Source of the DNA: Chiloscyllium plagiosum
Lineage: Eukaryota
NCBI RefSeq assembly: GCF_004010195.1
Contig: NC_057719.1
Location: 37,324,138-37,388,137 of the forward strand
Reading direction: 5' to 3'
DNA: 64,000 nucleotides
Shown here: positions 51,212 through 63,400 of the stretch, one piece after another
Numbering within the stretch: position 1 is the stretch's first letter
Layout of the letters: every line of letters starts with the position of its first letter
The notes under the pieces: generated by a model
What the model saw: the letters and a program-made list of their open reading frames with translations, nothing else
Databases searched by the model: none
Told to the model about the DNA's origin: nothing
Program-made: the position numbers and the translations under genes

Positions 51212-54200
51212 TTCTGTGGTGTGTTGAGGGTAAATATTATTTAATTCCCAGTAGACGGCTGGCAACGAAGAATGTCATGTACTTTATCATCCTCCTTTGA
51301 TAATAATAAGATACAAATGGAAATTCCAGTAAAAACCATTTATTTTCCCAACATCAATACAATCAGTAAATAAGGCAAGATTAGAATCAATTCTAAAAAC
51401 CCATTTCAGCTGCCAAGATAATTTCAGAGCTGCCATATTCAAAAAAAGGCTAGAATTCCAAGGAAGATGTAGAGAAAATGAACATCCGATGTTCAATCAG
51501 TTGGATCATCTATACATATTATTCTGTGCTAGTCGTGTATAACCAGCATTGATTTAATACTGCAAACTTAAGAAGGAATCCTATGATTGAAAAATAGAAC
51601 AGGATTCCCCCAAAAAATCATAAGTTACAGGAACAGAATCAAACCATTAGGCCCATTGAGTCTGCTTCACCATTGGATCATGGCTGACATGTTTCTTAAC
51701 CCCATTCTCCTGCCTTCTTTCCGTAACCCTTGATTCCCTTATTAATCAAGGACTTATCCATCTCTGTCTTAAATACACTCAATGACTTGGCCCTCCACAG
51801 CCCCTCTGCGGCAATGAGTTCACAGATTCACCACCTTCTGGCTGAAGGAATTCCTCCTCATCTCAATAGGGTAAACCCTTCACTCTGAGGCTGTGCCCTC
51901 GCATTCTAGACTCTCCTCCTAGTGGAAGTAGCTTCTGTAAGTCCATTATATCCAGGCTGCTCAATATTCTGCAAGTTTCAATCAGACCCCCACTCATCCT
52001 TCGAAAGTCCATCAAGTACAGTCCTCAATCGTTCCTCCTAAGACAAGCCCTTCATTCCCAGGATCATTCTTGTAAACCTCCTCTGGATCTTCTCTCCAAC
52101 ACCAACACATCTTCCTTAGAAATGGGGCCCAAAGCTGCTCACAATATTCCAAATATGGTCTGACCAGAGTCCTATACAGACTCAGCAGTATGTTTCTACT
52201 CTTGTATTCTAGCCCTTTTGAAATGAATATTAACATCGGGGCAGATTTTTTTTTTACTTTTCAAATAGACGCTGAATAAGTAGTAAAACAAATTGGAAAA
52301 TTATCCACTACCTTAGAGAAATGCACAGAATATCCTCAATTCTTAAAGACTGGAGTCATTATGGCACAGAAGGAGACCATTCATTGACTCCATGCTGACT
52401 CTCTGTAAAGCAGTCCATTCAGTCACATTCTCCTGTTCTTTCTGTACAACTCTGCCATTTTATTTCTTGCATGCGCCCATCCAATTTTCTTTCATTATCT
52501 CGGCTTCCAACACCCTCATTAGTAGGGAGATCATTGCTACTTGCCATGTTAAAAAAGGTTTCTCCTCACATCCCCACTAACTCTCTTCCTCAAAACGTTA
52601 AATCTGTGGCCCGTCATCCTTGCACCATCAGCTTTTCTATGTCTACCTTATCTAAACCTGTCATAATCTTATGCACAGCAGGTCAGGCAGCATCCAAGGA
52701 GCAGGAGAATCGACGTTTCGGGCATGAGCCTGATTCCTGAAGAAGGGCTCATGCCCGAAACGTCGATTCTCCTGCTCCTTGGATGCTGCCTGACCTGCTG
52801 TGCATAAGATTATGACAGGTTTAGATAAGGTAGACATAGAAAAGCTGATGGTGCAAGGATGACGGGCCACAGATTTAACGTTTTGAGGAAGAGAGTTAGT
52901 GGGGATGTGAGGAGAAACCTTTTTTAACATGGCAAGTAGCAATGATCTCCCTACTAATGAGGGTGTTGGAAGCCGAGATAATGAAAGAAAATTGGATGGG
53001 CGCATGCAAGAAATAAAATGGCAGAGTTGTACAGAAAGAACAGGAGAATGTGACTGAATGGACTGCTTTACAGAGAGTCAGCATGGAGTCAATGAATGGT
53101 CTCCTTCTGTGCCATAATGACTCCAGTCTTTAAGAATTGAGGATATTCTGTGCATTTCTCTAAGGTAGTGGATAATTTTCCAATTTGTTTTACTACTTAT
53201 TCAGCGTCTATTTGAAAAGTAAAAAAAAAATCTGCCCCGATGTTAATATTCATTTCAAAAGGGCTAGAATACAAGAGTAGAAACATACTGCTGAGTCTGT
53301 ATAGGACTCTGGTCAGACCATATTTGGAATATTGTGAGCAGCTTTGGGCCCCATTTCTAAGGAAGATGTGTTGGTGTTGGAGAGAAGATCCAGAGGAGGT
53401 TTACAAGAATGATCCTGGGAATGAAGGGCTTGTCTTAGGAGGAACGATTGAGGACTGTACTTGATGGACTTTCGAAGGATGAGTGGGGGTCTGATTGAAA
53501 CTTGCAGAATATTGAGCAGCCTGGATATAATGGACTTACAGAAGCTACTTCCACTAGGAGGAGAGTCTAGAATGCGAGGGCACAGCCTCAGAGTGAAGGG
53601 TTTACCCTATTGAGATGAGGAGGAATTCCTTCAGCCAGAAGGTGGTGAATCTGTGAACTCATTGCCGCAGAGGGGCTGTGGAGGGCCAAGTCATTGAGTG
53701 TATTTAAGACAGAGATGGATAAGTCCTTGATTAATAAGGGAATCAAGGGTTACGGAAAGAAGGCAGGAGAATGGGGTTAAGAAACATGTCAGCCATGATC
53801 CAATGGTGAAGCAGACTCAATGGGCCTAATGGTTTGATTCTGTTCCTGTAACTTATGATTTTTTGGGGGAATCCTGTTCTATTTTTCAATCATAGGATTC
53901 CTTCTTAAGTTTGCAGTATTAAATCAATGCTGGTTATACACGACTAGCACAGAATAATATGTATAGATGATCCAACTGATTGAACATCGGATGTTCATTT
54001 TCTCTACATCTTCCTTGGAATTCTAGCCTTTTTTTGAATATGGCAGCTCTGAAATTATCTTGGCAGCTGAAATGGGTTTTTAGAATTGATTCTAATCTTG
54101 CCTTATTTACTGATTGTATTGATGTTGGGAAAATAAATGGTTTTTACTGGAATTTCCATTTGTATCTTATTATTATCAAAGGAGGATGATAAAGTACATG

Positions 54201-54264
54201 ACATTCTTCGTTGCCAGCCGTCTACTGGGAATTAAATAATATTTACCCTCAACACACCACAGAA
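51212..54264. repeat. 3.05-kb inverted repeat: arms 51212-52730 and 52746-54264 (1519 bp each), 15-bp spacer
   Basis: Mirror-image ORF pairs with identical translations (52012-52236/53240-53464, 52392-52580/52896-53084, 51287-51496/53980-54189); paired coordinates all sum to 105476. Confidence 0.97.
53238..53858 (+). mobile_element. CR1 3' fragment (mirror copy at 51618-52238 on the minus strand)
   Basis: FISKGLEYKSRNILLSLYRTLVRPYLEYCEQLWAP. Confidence 0.88.
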
Positions 54265-54399
54265 CTATCTGTGCTGAGACACAATCTTTTATTTTAGCTC
54301 TGCCACATGCATTTGTGGAATCATTTCTGTTCCTACAGAAATCTTTACCACCCACAAATAATTCCTTGCTGAATGTAAAATTGTTCAGACAAAGTAAAG

Positions 54400-54775
54400 A
54401 AACTAAAGGAATACATTAATGGGCTTGTCAAGATAGATGAGAATGCAGAAAGCTTGTTTCCCCTTGTGAGAGTCTTAGACCAGATGCAGGATAAGAGGTA
54501 GTTCATTTAATTAGGAGACGAGGAGAAATTTCTTCTGTCATAGTGTTGTGAATCTGTGGGATTCTTTATCACAGTTGCCTGTAGACATTGGGTCATTAAG
54601 TATATTCAAGGCTGAGATAGATTTTTAACCAGTACAGGAATCGAGGATTATGGGAAAAAGGCAGAAAACGGAAGTTCCAGATTATCAGATCAATCGTGAT
54701 GTCATTGAAAAGCAGAGCAGACTTGATGGGCTGAATAGCCTACTTCTGCATCTACTTTTTCTGATCATATGGTTT
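54400..54775 (+). mobile_element. CR1 3' fragment
   Basis: aggagaaatttcttctgtcatagtgttgtgaatctgtgg plus a CR1-like 3' UTR. Confidence 0.8.
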
Positions 54776-55267
54776 TATGAGTCATGTCATAGTTGAAACA
54801 TTTTCTTTTTATTTGTGGTTCAAATTCAAGCCGGAATACAGATTGAAATATATCTCTACAAGGGTGCTCAAAAATATTAACCTTAATTTACATAGTATAT
54901 TTAATGTAGAAACAAAACTTCCCAAGGTTCTTCACAGGGAGAAAACCTGACACCAAACCAAAGGCAAAGGCACTCACTAGGTCAGGCTATAAGACGATAC
55001 GCAAAGGTAGAAAGGTGGTGCAGGCAAGGAAGGAATACTGGAGTTTAGAGATTAGCTGTTGAAGGCCCAGCCATCAATGCTGGAGTAAAGAGCCCCCCAG
55101 CAGAGCCCAGTGTTGGTGGAAAGCCAATTACTTGGAGGGTTGCAGGGTTGGAGCAGATTGCAAATGTGGAGGTTGTGAGGCTATGGAGGATTTTGAAAAC
55201 AAAGGATGAGAATTTTAAATTTGAGGTTTTTGTGGAATGTGTACGGACGCTTGATCAAGGGCCTAAA

Positions 55268-55620
55268 AGGGTGGCACAGTGGCTGAGTGGTTAGCACTGC
55301 TGCCTCACAGTGCCAGGGGCCTGGGTTCGATTCCAAATTTGGGCAACTGTCTACGTGGAGTTTGCATGCTCTCTCCATGCTGCGTGGGTTTCCTCCAGGT
55401 GCTCTGAATGTCTCCCACAAACCAAAAACATCCAGGTTAGGTGGATTGGCCATGCTAAATTGCATTGTAATGACCAAGGATGTGCAGGCTAGGAGGATTA
55501 GCCATGGGAAATGCTGGGTTACAAGGATGGGGGTGGGGGGTGCTGGGATGCTTGTCAGAGGGTCAGTGCAGATTTGATGGGCCAAATGCCTGCTTTCTAA
55601 AGCATATGGGTTCTACAATT
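55268..55620 (+). mobile_element. HE1/V-SINE-type SINE
   Basis: Same family (longer variant, like the copy at 21141). Confidence 0.88.
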
Positions 55621-57567
55621 CTAAATGGCACAAGTTAAAAAGAATAAAGCAGGTTATATTTCATTTCTGAATCACACTAAACTTGAAGTCTCACTGAAAC
55701 ATGTTTCTTTTTAAATCAGAGATTGCTATTCAATCAAAGATTGATTATTTTTTAAATCAGTGATGTTATTATCCACCCCTGGAGTAGCTGCAACTTGAAC
55801 CTGAGACTCCACAGGCCAGAGAAGGGACACTATCACTGTGCCACAAGGACCCTTCAAACATGTTGGAAGAGATTTAGAAATTGGAATCAAATGGTAGTCC
55901 ACGAAGAACAATACTTTGGGTCCGGAATGTAGTTTTGGGTCCAAAGGAAAAGTGCTTAATTTGAATCTGAAACATGCAACAGCTGTCTGCAGGAAACATT
56001 TCATGCTCATGATGAGGACAAAATGTGAAAAAGTTACATTCCAAAGGCCTGAAGAACACAAAGGTATTGAAAATAAAGAAAACTGGAAAATTGTCCTCTG
56101 TCTTATTCATGGATCCATAAACTAATAATGTAAAAGGTGAAATAGCCATAGTCGTTCCGGGACCACAGGGCTGCTCTGAGACAGATGACTGATGGTGGTT
56201 TAATCTGAAGGTCACCGTGCTTCAGGAGAGGGGTGAGGTTGAGAAGGAGGGACCTTCAAGGTAATCTCAGCCAATACAGCAATTGAACCCAATCGTTGGA
56301 GTTATTCTGCGTTGCAAACCAGCTGTCCAGGCAAATGGACTAACTGACCCCCTAGAAACTGAGCAAGTTACTTAGAGTTACACAGAATTTTCAGGGATTC
56401 ACAAAAAAACAGTTTACTTGGCCCAAATTCTGACATGAAGACATCACTTGAGCATCCTCCCATCCTTGCTTATTTATTAGCATCATCCTCTATTTCTTCT
56501 CCTCCATATTCTTATACAGCTTTCTCTCAAATACATCAAATACTCCCTGCGATAATGAGTTCCACATTCTCACCAGTCTCTAGTTTAAATTTTTTTTCTG
56601 AACTGTCCATCTGATTTCTTTGTGACTAGTTCACATCAGCAGCATCTAGCTTTTTTCTCTTCCCCTTAAGTGGAAATATTCTCTCTGTGTCTACTCTCCT
56701 CGATAAAAATCAACTCACAACTTATTAGTTACAAGAGAAAAGCGAACAAGCCCGGTCATCTTTTTGAAACAGGCATACCTTACAGTTCTGGTATCATCCG
56801 TATAATCTTTTTGCTCCCTCTCCAAAGCATTTTTTAAAAATATTATGACCACCAGAACAACACATGGCATTCCAGAAATGGTTTTCTGGAGAAAAATTAG
56901 AATATAAGTAGTGAAAGAGAAAAGTTGTATGGAAGAGGAAAATAAATATTTGTGAATAAGAAAAACAAATTTAAACTGGTTTAGAAAACTGCAGCATGGA
57001 TCTGTGGAAAAGAAAGAATTTCCATTTTTCAATATGGCAATATTGTGCAATATTCACCTCAATTCACTTTTTGAAATGTCAACAACAGTTCACGACATCA
57101 ATTGAAGATACATTTTATTTTCGTCACTTTCAGCACTTGTATCCTGCCCCAGATATCCTAAGGTTTCCAAAAGTTACCACCAAAACTACATAGACAACAA
57201 AGCATTTTCTTTCAATCTTTTGGAGCTATTTAGAGAAATGGGATGACAACAATATTTTCTTTGCAGATTCTGATGATATATGAGAAAGAATATTACTACC
57301 TTGTGTGCATGGGTTACTCTTGACCACAGAGATAACGTTCAAACATCATTATCTGATTATTACTTCCAACTAATTTACCTAAGAATCTGAGAGTGCCTAC
57401 AGAGTATGAAATCATGAAGTTTATTTAGTCATTTGTTAACTTTATTTTTCGCAGCTCCAATATTAGCTGATGAAACACAAAAACCTGTGAGAAATTCAAT
57501 TTCCTGATATTCAAAAAAGCTTTATAGCCAATAATTCGCTGGTTAGTGAAACAAAGGGAGGTTTTTT

Positions 57568-57874
57568 TTAGATTAGATTCTCTACAGTGTGGAAACAGGC
57601 CCTTCGGTCCAACTAGTCCACACCAACCCTCTGAAGAGTAACCCACCCAGACCCATTCCCCCTAACTAATGCACCTAACTCTATGGGCAATTTAGCATGA
57701 CCAATTCACCTAACCTGCACATCTTTGGACTGTGGGAGGAAACCAGAGCACCGGGAGGAAACCCACGCACACATGGGTAGAAACTCCACACAGACAGTCG
57801 CCCGAGGCTGGAATCGAACCCAGGTCCCTGGCACTGTGAGGCAGCAGTGCTAACCACTGAGCCACCATGCCACC
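57568..57874 (-). mobile_element. HE1/V-SINE-type SINE
   Basis: Same family head, core and tail. Confidence 0.9.
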
Positions 57875-58057
57875 CCTTATTAACAACATTAGTAAAAACA
57901 ATTTGAAAACCCAGAATAACATTTAGTAAAACTTCCAACAATTGGACTTTAGCTTTAAATTGCTGAGAGTTGTATTTTTCTAACACGAAGCAAATACTAC
58001 AGCTTCTATGAATGGAATTATCCAAACAAATGAATAATGGACCTGAGTAGATTCAAT

Positions 58058-58182
58058 TGAAGAAGGGCCTGTGCCCGAAACGTCGAATCTCCTGTTCCCT
58101 GGATGCTGCCTGACCTGCTGTGCTGTTCCAGCAATAAAGTTTCAACTTTGATCTCCAGCATCTGCAGACCTCACTTTCTCCT
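58058..58182 (+). mobile_element. Solo Penelope pLTR fragment
   Basis: tgaagaagggcctgtgcccgaaacgtcg...cctcactttctcct, flanked by the direct repeat tcaattgaa (58053-58061, 58182-58190). Confidence 0.82.
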
Positions 58183-58832
58183 CAATTGAATTGTGTGCTT
58201 GTATTAAAAAAATACAAAGCAATCCATTTTTCATGTAAAGAAGAAACAGCTGCCTATTTAACAGAAACCTTTCTAATTGCTTGCATTCACGTCTGTATCT
58301 ACAGCCTACTTAGTTTTACCTTTGGGAAGTGCCTCATGCTGATTTTCATAGCTCAGGAAGGAAACATTACTTCTCACTTAATGGTGAGAATAATTTTGAA
58401 AGTAGCAAATGGCCTCTAACAATGACTAATGTTCAGAATCCCTGTGTATGAGTGGAAATAAGTATTGACTGCTGCATCATTCAATAACCTAAAGAAATGA
58501 AATATTACACATATATGAGATCCAGTTTAAGCAGATAAATTTATTGAGGAATAAACATCTGCCCCTGAGATAACAAAAGGAATACTTTGGATTCATCATC
58601 AGAACCCATAGTAGGATGCTGTCTGATCGATAAACCATAAGATTCAGGTTAAAGAAGACAAATGCCCTCTTCCAATGTAGAATGGTTCTGATATAGGAAC
58701 ATACTATTTGAGGGAATTGCTTGATTAGTGTGACCTTTTTTCCCCATGAGTTCTATTCAGCATAAACAACACACATACAATTAACATTGCTAACTTGCTA
58801 AAATGCCAATTAAAATGCCAAACAAAATGCCA

Positions 58833-58960
58833 TTCCTGAAGAAGGGCTCATGCCCGAAACATCGATTCTCCTGCTCCTTGGATGCTGCCTGACCTGCTGC
58901 GCTTTTCCAGCAACACATTTTCAGCTCTGATCTCCAGCATCTGCAGTCCTCACTTTCTCC
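58833..58960 (+). mobile_element. Solo Penelope pLTR fragment with a 15-bp target-site duplication
   Basis: ttcctgaagaagggctcatgcccgaaac...cctcactttctcc; ctaaaatgccaatta at 58798-58812 and 58960-58974. Confidence 0.85.
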
Positions 58961-59191
58961 TAAAATGCCAATTAGTCCTGAAAAGCTCGTTTTAACACCT
59001 TTATTCATTCCAGTCAACTTTTCATTAAATTATTCCAGCTATAATAGAGGCCCCTTTCTTTCCCAAACATAATTACTGAATTTGTTTAGTTATCTAAACA
59101 AAGGTGTCAGTAAGTATGGAAAGCAAGGTATATATCACAGCAGAGCGCTCTATTCAAGTTTCTATTTCAATTTAGTTTAAGGTAGCCTCAC

Positions 59192-59242
59192 CTTTTGGCA
59201 GTTTTAGTCAGTTTAGACATACTAGTCAGACACCTTTGCTTT
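59192..59242 (-). CDS. EML1: Candidate EML1 51-nt cassette exon (KQRCLTSMSKLTKTAK)
   Basis: Long U-rich tract + atgtag|, donor AAG|gtgagg; open in phase 2, which is the phase this intron requires. Confidence 0.5.
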
Positions 59243-59775
59243 CTACATCCAGAAATGAGATGCGATTTGGAATGAGAAGAAAATGAACAAAAATAAAAAG
59301 ACAAAAAAGAAGAAAAGCTTATGAAAACACACATCATGTAGGTGAAAACAATTATAAATGTTACTCAAAACTGTTGTAAATTGGTGATAGCTCAGTACAC
59401 CAGTCTAGATAAAATCAGATACAAACATTGTTGGTGAAACGTTACAATACCATGTAGATTTTAAAACACTCCAACTGAGTTAAATACTTTATTGAAAATA
59501 CATGTCTCACTTCTTTTAATATATATGTCTATTATGAATATGATTATGCACAGTGACTAGAAAAGCAGTAGTATTATTGTAATGCAACAGAACTACTAAC
59601 TGAAAAGCCCAAATTAAAGTATTTGAGACATGGGTTTGAATCCCAGCACGACAGATACTGAACCTTATATTTATTTACAAATCTGAAAGAGAAACTAGTC
59701 GGTGTAAAACCCATTTGGTTCACTGATGTCCTTTTATGGAAGGAAATCTGTCATCCTTACTTTGGTAGGTCTATA

Positions 59776-60070
59776 TTAGATTAGATTATTTACAGTGTGG
59801 AAACAGGCCCCTCGGCCCAACAAGTCCACACTGACCCTCCGAAGCGCACCCACCCAGATCCATTCCCCTACATCTACCTAACACTACGGGCAATTTAGCA
59901 TGGCCAATTCACCTAACCTGCACGTTTTGGGACTGTGAGAGGAAATCGGAGCACCCTGAGGAAACCCACGCAGATACGGGGAGAATGTGCAAACTCCACA
60001 CAGTCAGTCGCCTAAGGCGGGATTTGAACCTGGGTCTCCGGCGCTGTGAGGCAGCAGTGCTAACCACTGG
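59776..60070 (-). mobile_element. HE1/V-SINE-type SINE, adjacent to an older tRNA-SINE (about 59565-59775, plus strand)
   Basis: Same family head, core and tail. Confidence 0.9.
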
Positions 60071-60422
60071 GACAATATATCTAAGAAAATATATCTAAAA
60101 AGACCCTTTGTACCGAGACACCTAGATCCATCTCCATCTCAGAGCTCTGCAACTTCTCACCATTCAGATCAAATGCTTCCTGCTGAAATGGGTTAAGTTC
60201 ATGTTTTTCTACATTACACTCTATTTAACAAATCTTTTGCCCTCTCAGTTAAAATATTTATATCTCTCCTTTTCTCAGGCCTTCTTTTCACAACAACTTT
60301 ACAAAATGCCTTCAGTAGTTAGAAAAGTTTGTAATGTATGGCATGATGTCAGATCTGGTATAGCTAGTTGCTCTCTGGTCAGCTCCAGAACATGCTGTTC
60401 TCAAAAACCATGAAAACATTGC

Positions 60423-62040
60423 AGTCATAGAGTTTTACAGCAATGGAAACAGGCTGTTATGCCCACTGTGTTGGTATTGATCATCAAACATCATCTATTC
60501 TAATCCTATTTTCCAGCATCTGCACTATATCCTTGTATGCTATGGCATTTCAAGTGTTCATCGAAATAGCTTTTAAATATCAATGATTCCCACCTCAACC
60601 ACCTTTTTAGGCAATCGGTTCTAGATAGCCCCAACTCTTGGGGTGAAAGCATTTTCTTTATCAAATCCCCGCTAAACTTCCAGCTCCTTACGTTTAAATT
60701 GTGCCCCCATAAACATGCCACTATTCAGCTCATTTGATTAGCCAATCTGCATCATCCTGTAGTCCTCCTTGCTATTTATCACATTCTATGAACTCCGCAT
60801 CACCGCTACCCTTGCCCGTCTGACTTTTATGGTCTGTATGTAGATTAAGATCCTCCATGATTCTTGCTTTACTTTTCTCTCAAGGTCCCATTCTTTCTTA
60901 TTTTACACTCCATCCTCCCATATGGTTACTGTTCAGGGGTCCAATACACCACTTCCATAATTACTTCTAGCCTTATGATTTATCATTAGTACCCAAACCA
61001 CTTTGACATTCTGGTTTACTGAACTTAGGTCAGCCCTCTCTGTTGTGCAAATGTTCATGAATTAATAGAGTCACCATTCTACTTTTTCCTAGCTTCCTGT
61101 CCTTCCTAATTATCTGTACCCTTCAATTCTGGTCTCAATCCATGCCATCCTTCCAGCCATATTTCTGCAATGGCTACCAGATCGTACTTAATGATTTCTA
61201 TCTGAGCTATCAGCTCAGTTTTGTTCTGAATGCTGTATTCATTTAAAGTGATGCACAAGCAATGTAGGGGGTGATGTTAGGGGTAAAAAAAGGTTCCGCA
61301 CAGTGAATTATTAAGGTATAAAATACTCTGTCCAGAAATATGATGGAGGCAGGTTCAATTGAGGCATTAAAGAAAGTATTGGATGATTTTGTGAATAAAC
61401 ATGATGTGCAAAGATGCAGGAAAAAGGCAGGAGGTTGGCACTAGGTAATACAGAATGCATAGTGGGCTGAATGGCCTCCTTCTGCACTGGAATAATTGTG
61501 ATTCAGTGACTTATTCTTATGTCTGTCCTTTCTATTGCTTCCTGTCACAGCCTGTTTCCAATTTCCCAGATGAAATATTTTTCTCTTTCATTTTGTCTTT
61601 ATGCTTTGACTTATTACATCTTGCTAAATGTGATTCTTTGCCCCCATGATTTAGTTTAGAATCTCCAGAGCATTAGGTGTAGACCATCCAAATGGTACAA
61701 ATCCAACTCTCCGCAGTAATGGTGCCAGACCCCCATGAACCAGAACCCACTGTTCCCATTCAAGAGAGTATTACCTTTGAAGTTGTGGTTCTTGATATGG
61801 TGCTTAGTTCCTCATGCCGATGCTACAGAACCTCTTACCTTATCCAACCTATGTCATTAGTAACTACGTGCACTATGACAATTTGACATTCCCCCTCCCA
61901 CTGTAGGCTCTTCTCCAACTCAGAGCAGCTATCCTGAACCTTAGTAGCAGGCAAGCAATACAGCCTCTTGGACTCATGTTCTTTGTTGCAAAGAACTGAG
62001 TCAATTTCTCCTTCATTACATTGTCCCCTATTATTACTGC
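60423..62040 (-). mobile_element. Cluster of CR1 relics including an ORF1 SGNH-esterase fragment and an endonuclease fragment (a plus-strand 3' end lies at about 61250-61500)
   Basis: ORF 61835..62107 CLPATKVQD...IVIVHVVTNDIG resembles the CR1 ORF1 esterase motif CLPGA...VHVGTND. Confidence 0.7.
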
Positions 62041-62809
62041 GTTCCCTTTTACCCCAGTGACTTGAATTGCTCCATGAGGGGTGTAGCAGAAATGTATTCA
62101 ACCACAATCAGTAACCCCATGGAATAGCATTTCCATCAATAGCAAGCCAGGGACCAATACTCGCTCAAGGAGGAATTCAGGAGGGCTTGATAATAGTAAC
62201 ATTAGGTCAATCTAAAACATGAAGTGTCAGCCTGGTAAAGCTACTACATAGGACTGCATGCATCTAAACAGCAAGCAACATGTAGTATAGAGAAATAAAC
62301 TGGGATTATACAAAGCTCATTTTTACCTCCTTAATGGCTTATGTGTTCCAAATAGCTAGTCAAGGTAATGTATTTTTTCCATATAAATTAGGAGATTTCA
62401 TTAAGCGAAATTGCACCTCCTTCTTTCCCCAAGCCATCAATGCTAGGGGATTGGAACTGCAGCTATATGCTAGTCTATTGGTAGGCTCCCTTCACAATGC
62501 AGACCTGGCAGCTGTGGCCTCCCTTATTTTAACATTTTTCTTTGAAGTCTTCAGAGTGGTCTGCATTCTTGATGTCCTCTTGTGGTCTCCCATCTACATT
62601 GGATGTGCCTATCTCTGTTTAAATGGGACTGTCCAGCTTTGAGAGCCTTGGACAGTTCCGCTCAACTTGCTTGCTATTTGCTTGCTGCTGGGAAGATTGT
62701 GAAGTGGATGGGGGGGGGGCAATGTGTTCTTCAGGAACCACTGGGGTCAGTATTCAGAAGTGGTGACAGCTGACATTCAAAAACAAAGAAATAAGATTTT
62801 CTCTGAAGA

Positions 62810-63400
62810 AGCATACAGTACAGAAGGCAGCAGACATTCAGCCCATTGAAATTCTTTAAAAGAACCATTAAGATGCTGTCACTCTCTTATTCTTAACCTG
62901 ACCCCATCCCCACATTCCCATAACTATCACCACAGCCCAATGGCTGGCAAATGTTTCATTTCCAAAATTGTATTCAATTCCCTCTTTCAAATACCATTAA
63001 ATCTACTTCCGATAATCTTCCCAGCAGTACATTACAAATTTTAATTTGTTGCATTTTAAAATAAACTCTCCTCATTACCCTTCTGGTCATTTTAGCCAAT
63101 TACCTTTAGTTTGTACTACCTTATCATCACCCCTCCCTGAACTGAAACTATTACAGCGAACCTACTTTAACATAACCATCAATATTTCTCTCCTCCAAGG
63201 AGAATGTTCACAGCTTTCCTAACATTTGCATTTAACTAAATTCCCTCATTCCGGGTGCCCTCAGCTCTGAGAACATTTTGGTAAATCTCCTCTGTACTAT
63301 CTCCAAAGCTTTGATATCCTTTCTCAAATGTGCTGCCAGAATCGGATATAATTCTCCAGCTGAGGCCAAATCAGAGATTTATAAAGGTTTAGCATAAATT
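62810..63400 (-). mobile_element. Old CR1 3' fragment
   Basis: Degenerate RT C-terminal and 3' UTR sequence. Confidence 0.65.

Noticed and set aside
17367..60070. Repeated ORFs such as MVAQWLALLPHS... and MDCGRKPEHPEETH...
   Set aside because: These are translations of HE1-type SINE copies, not a protein family.
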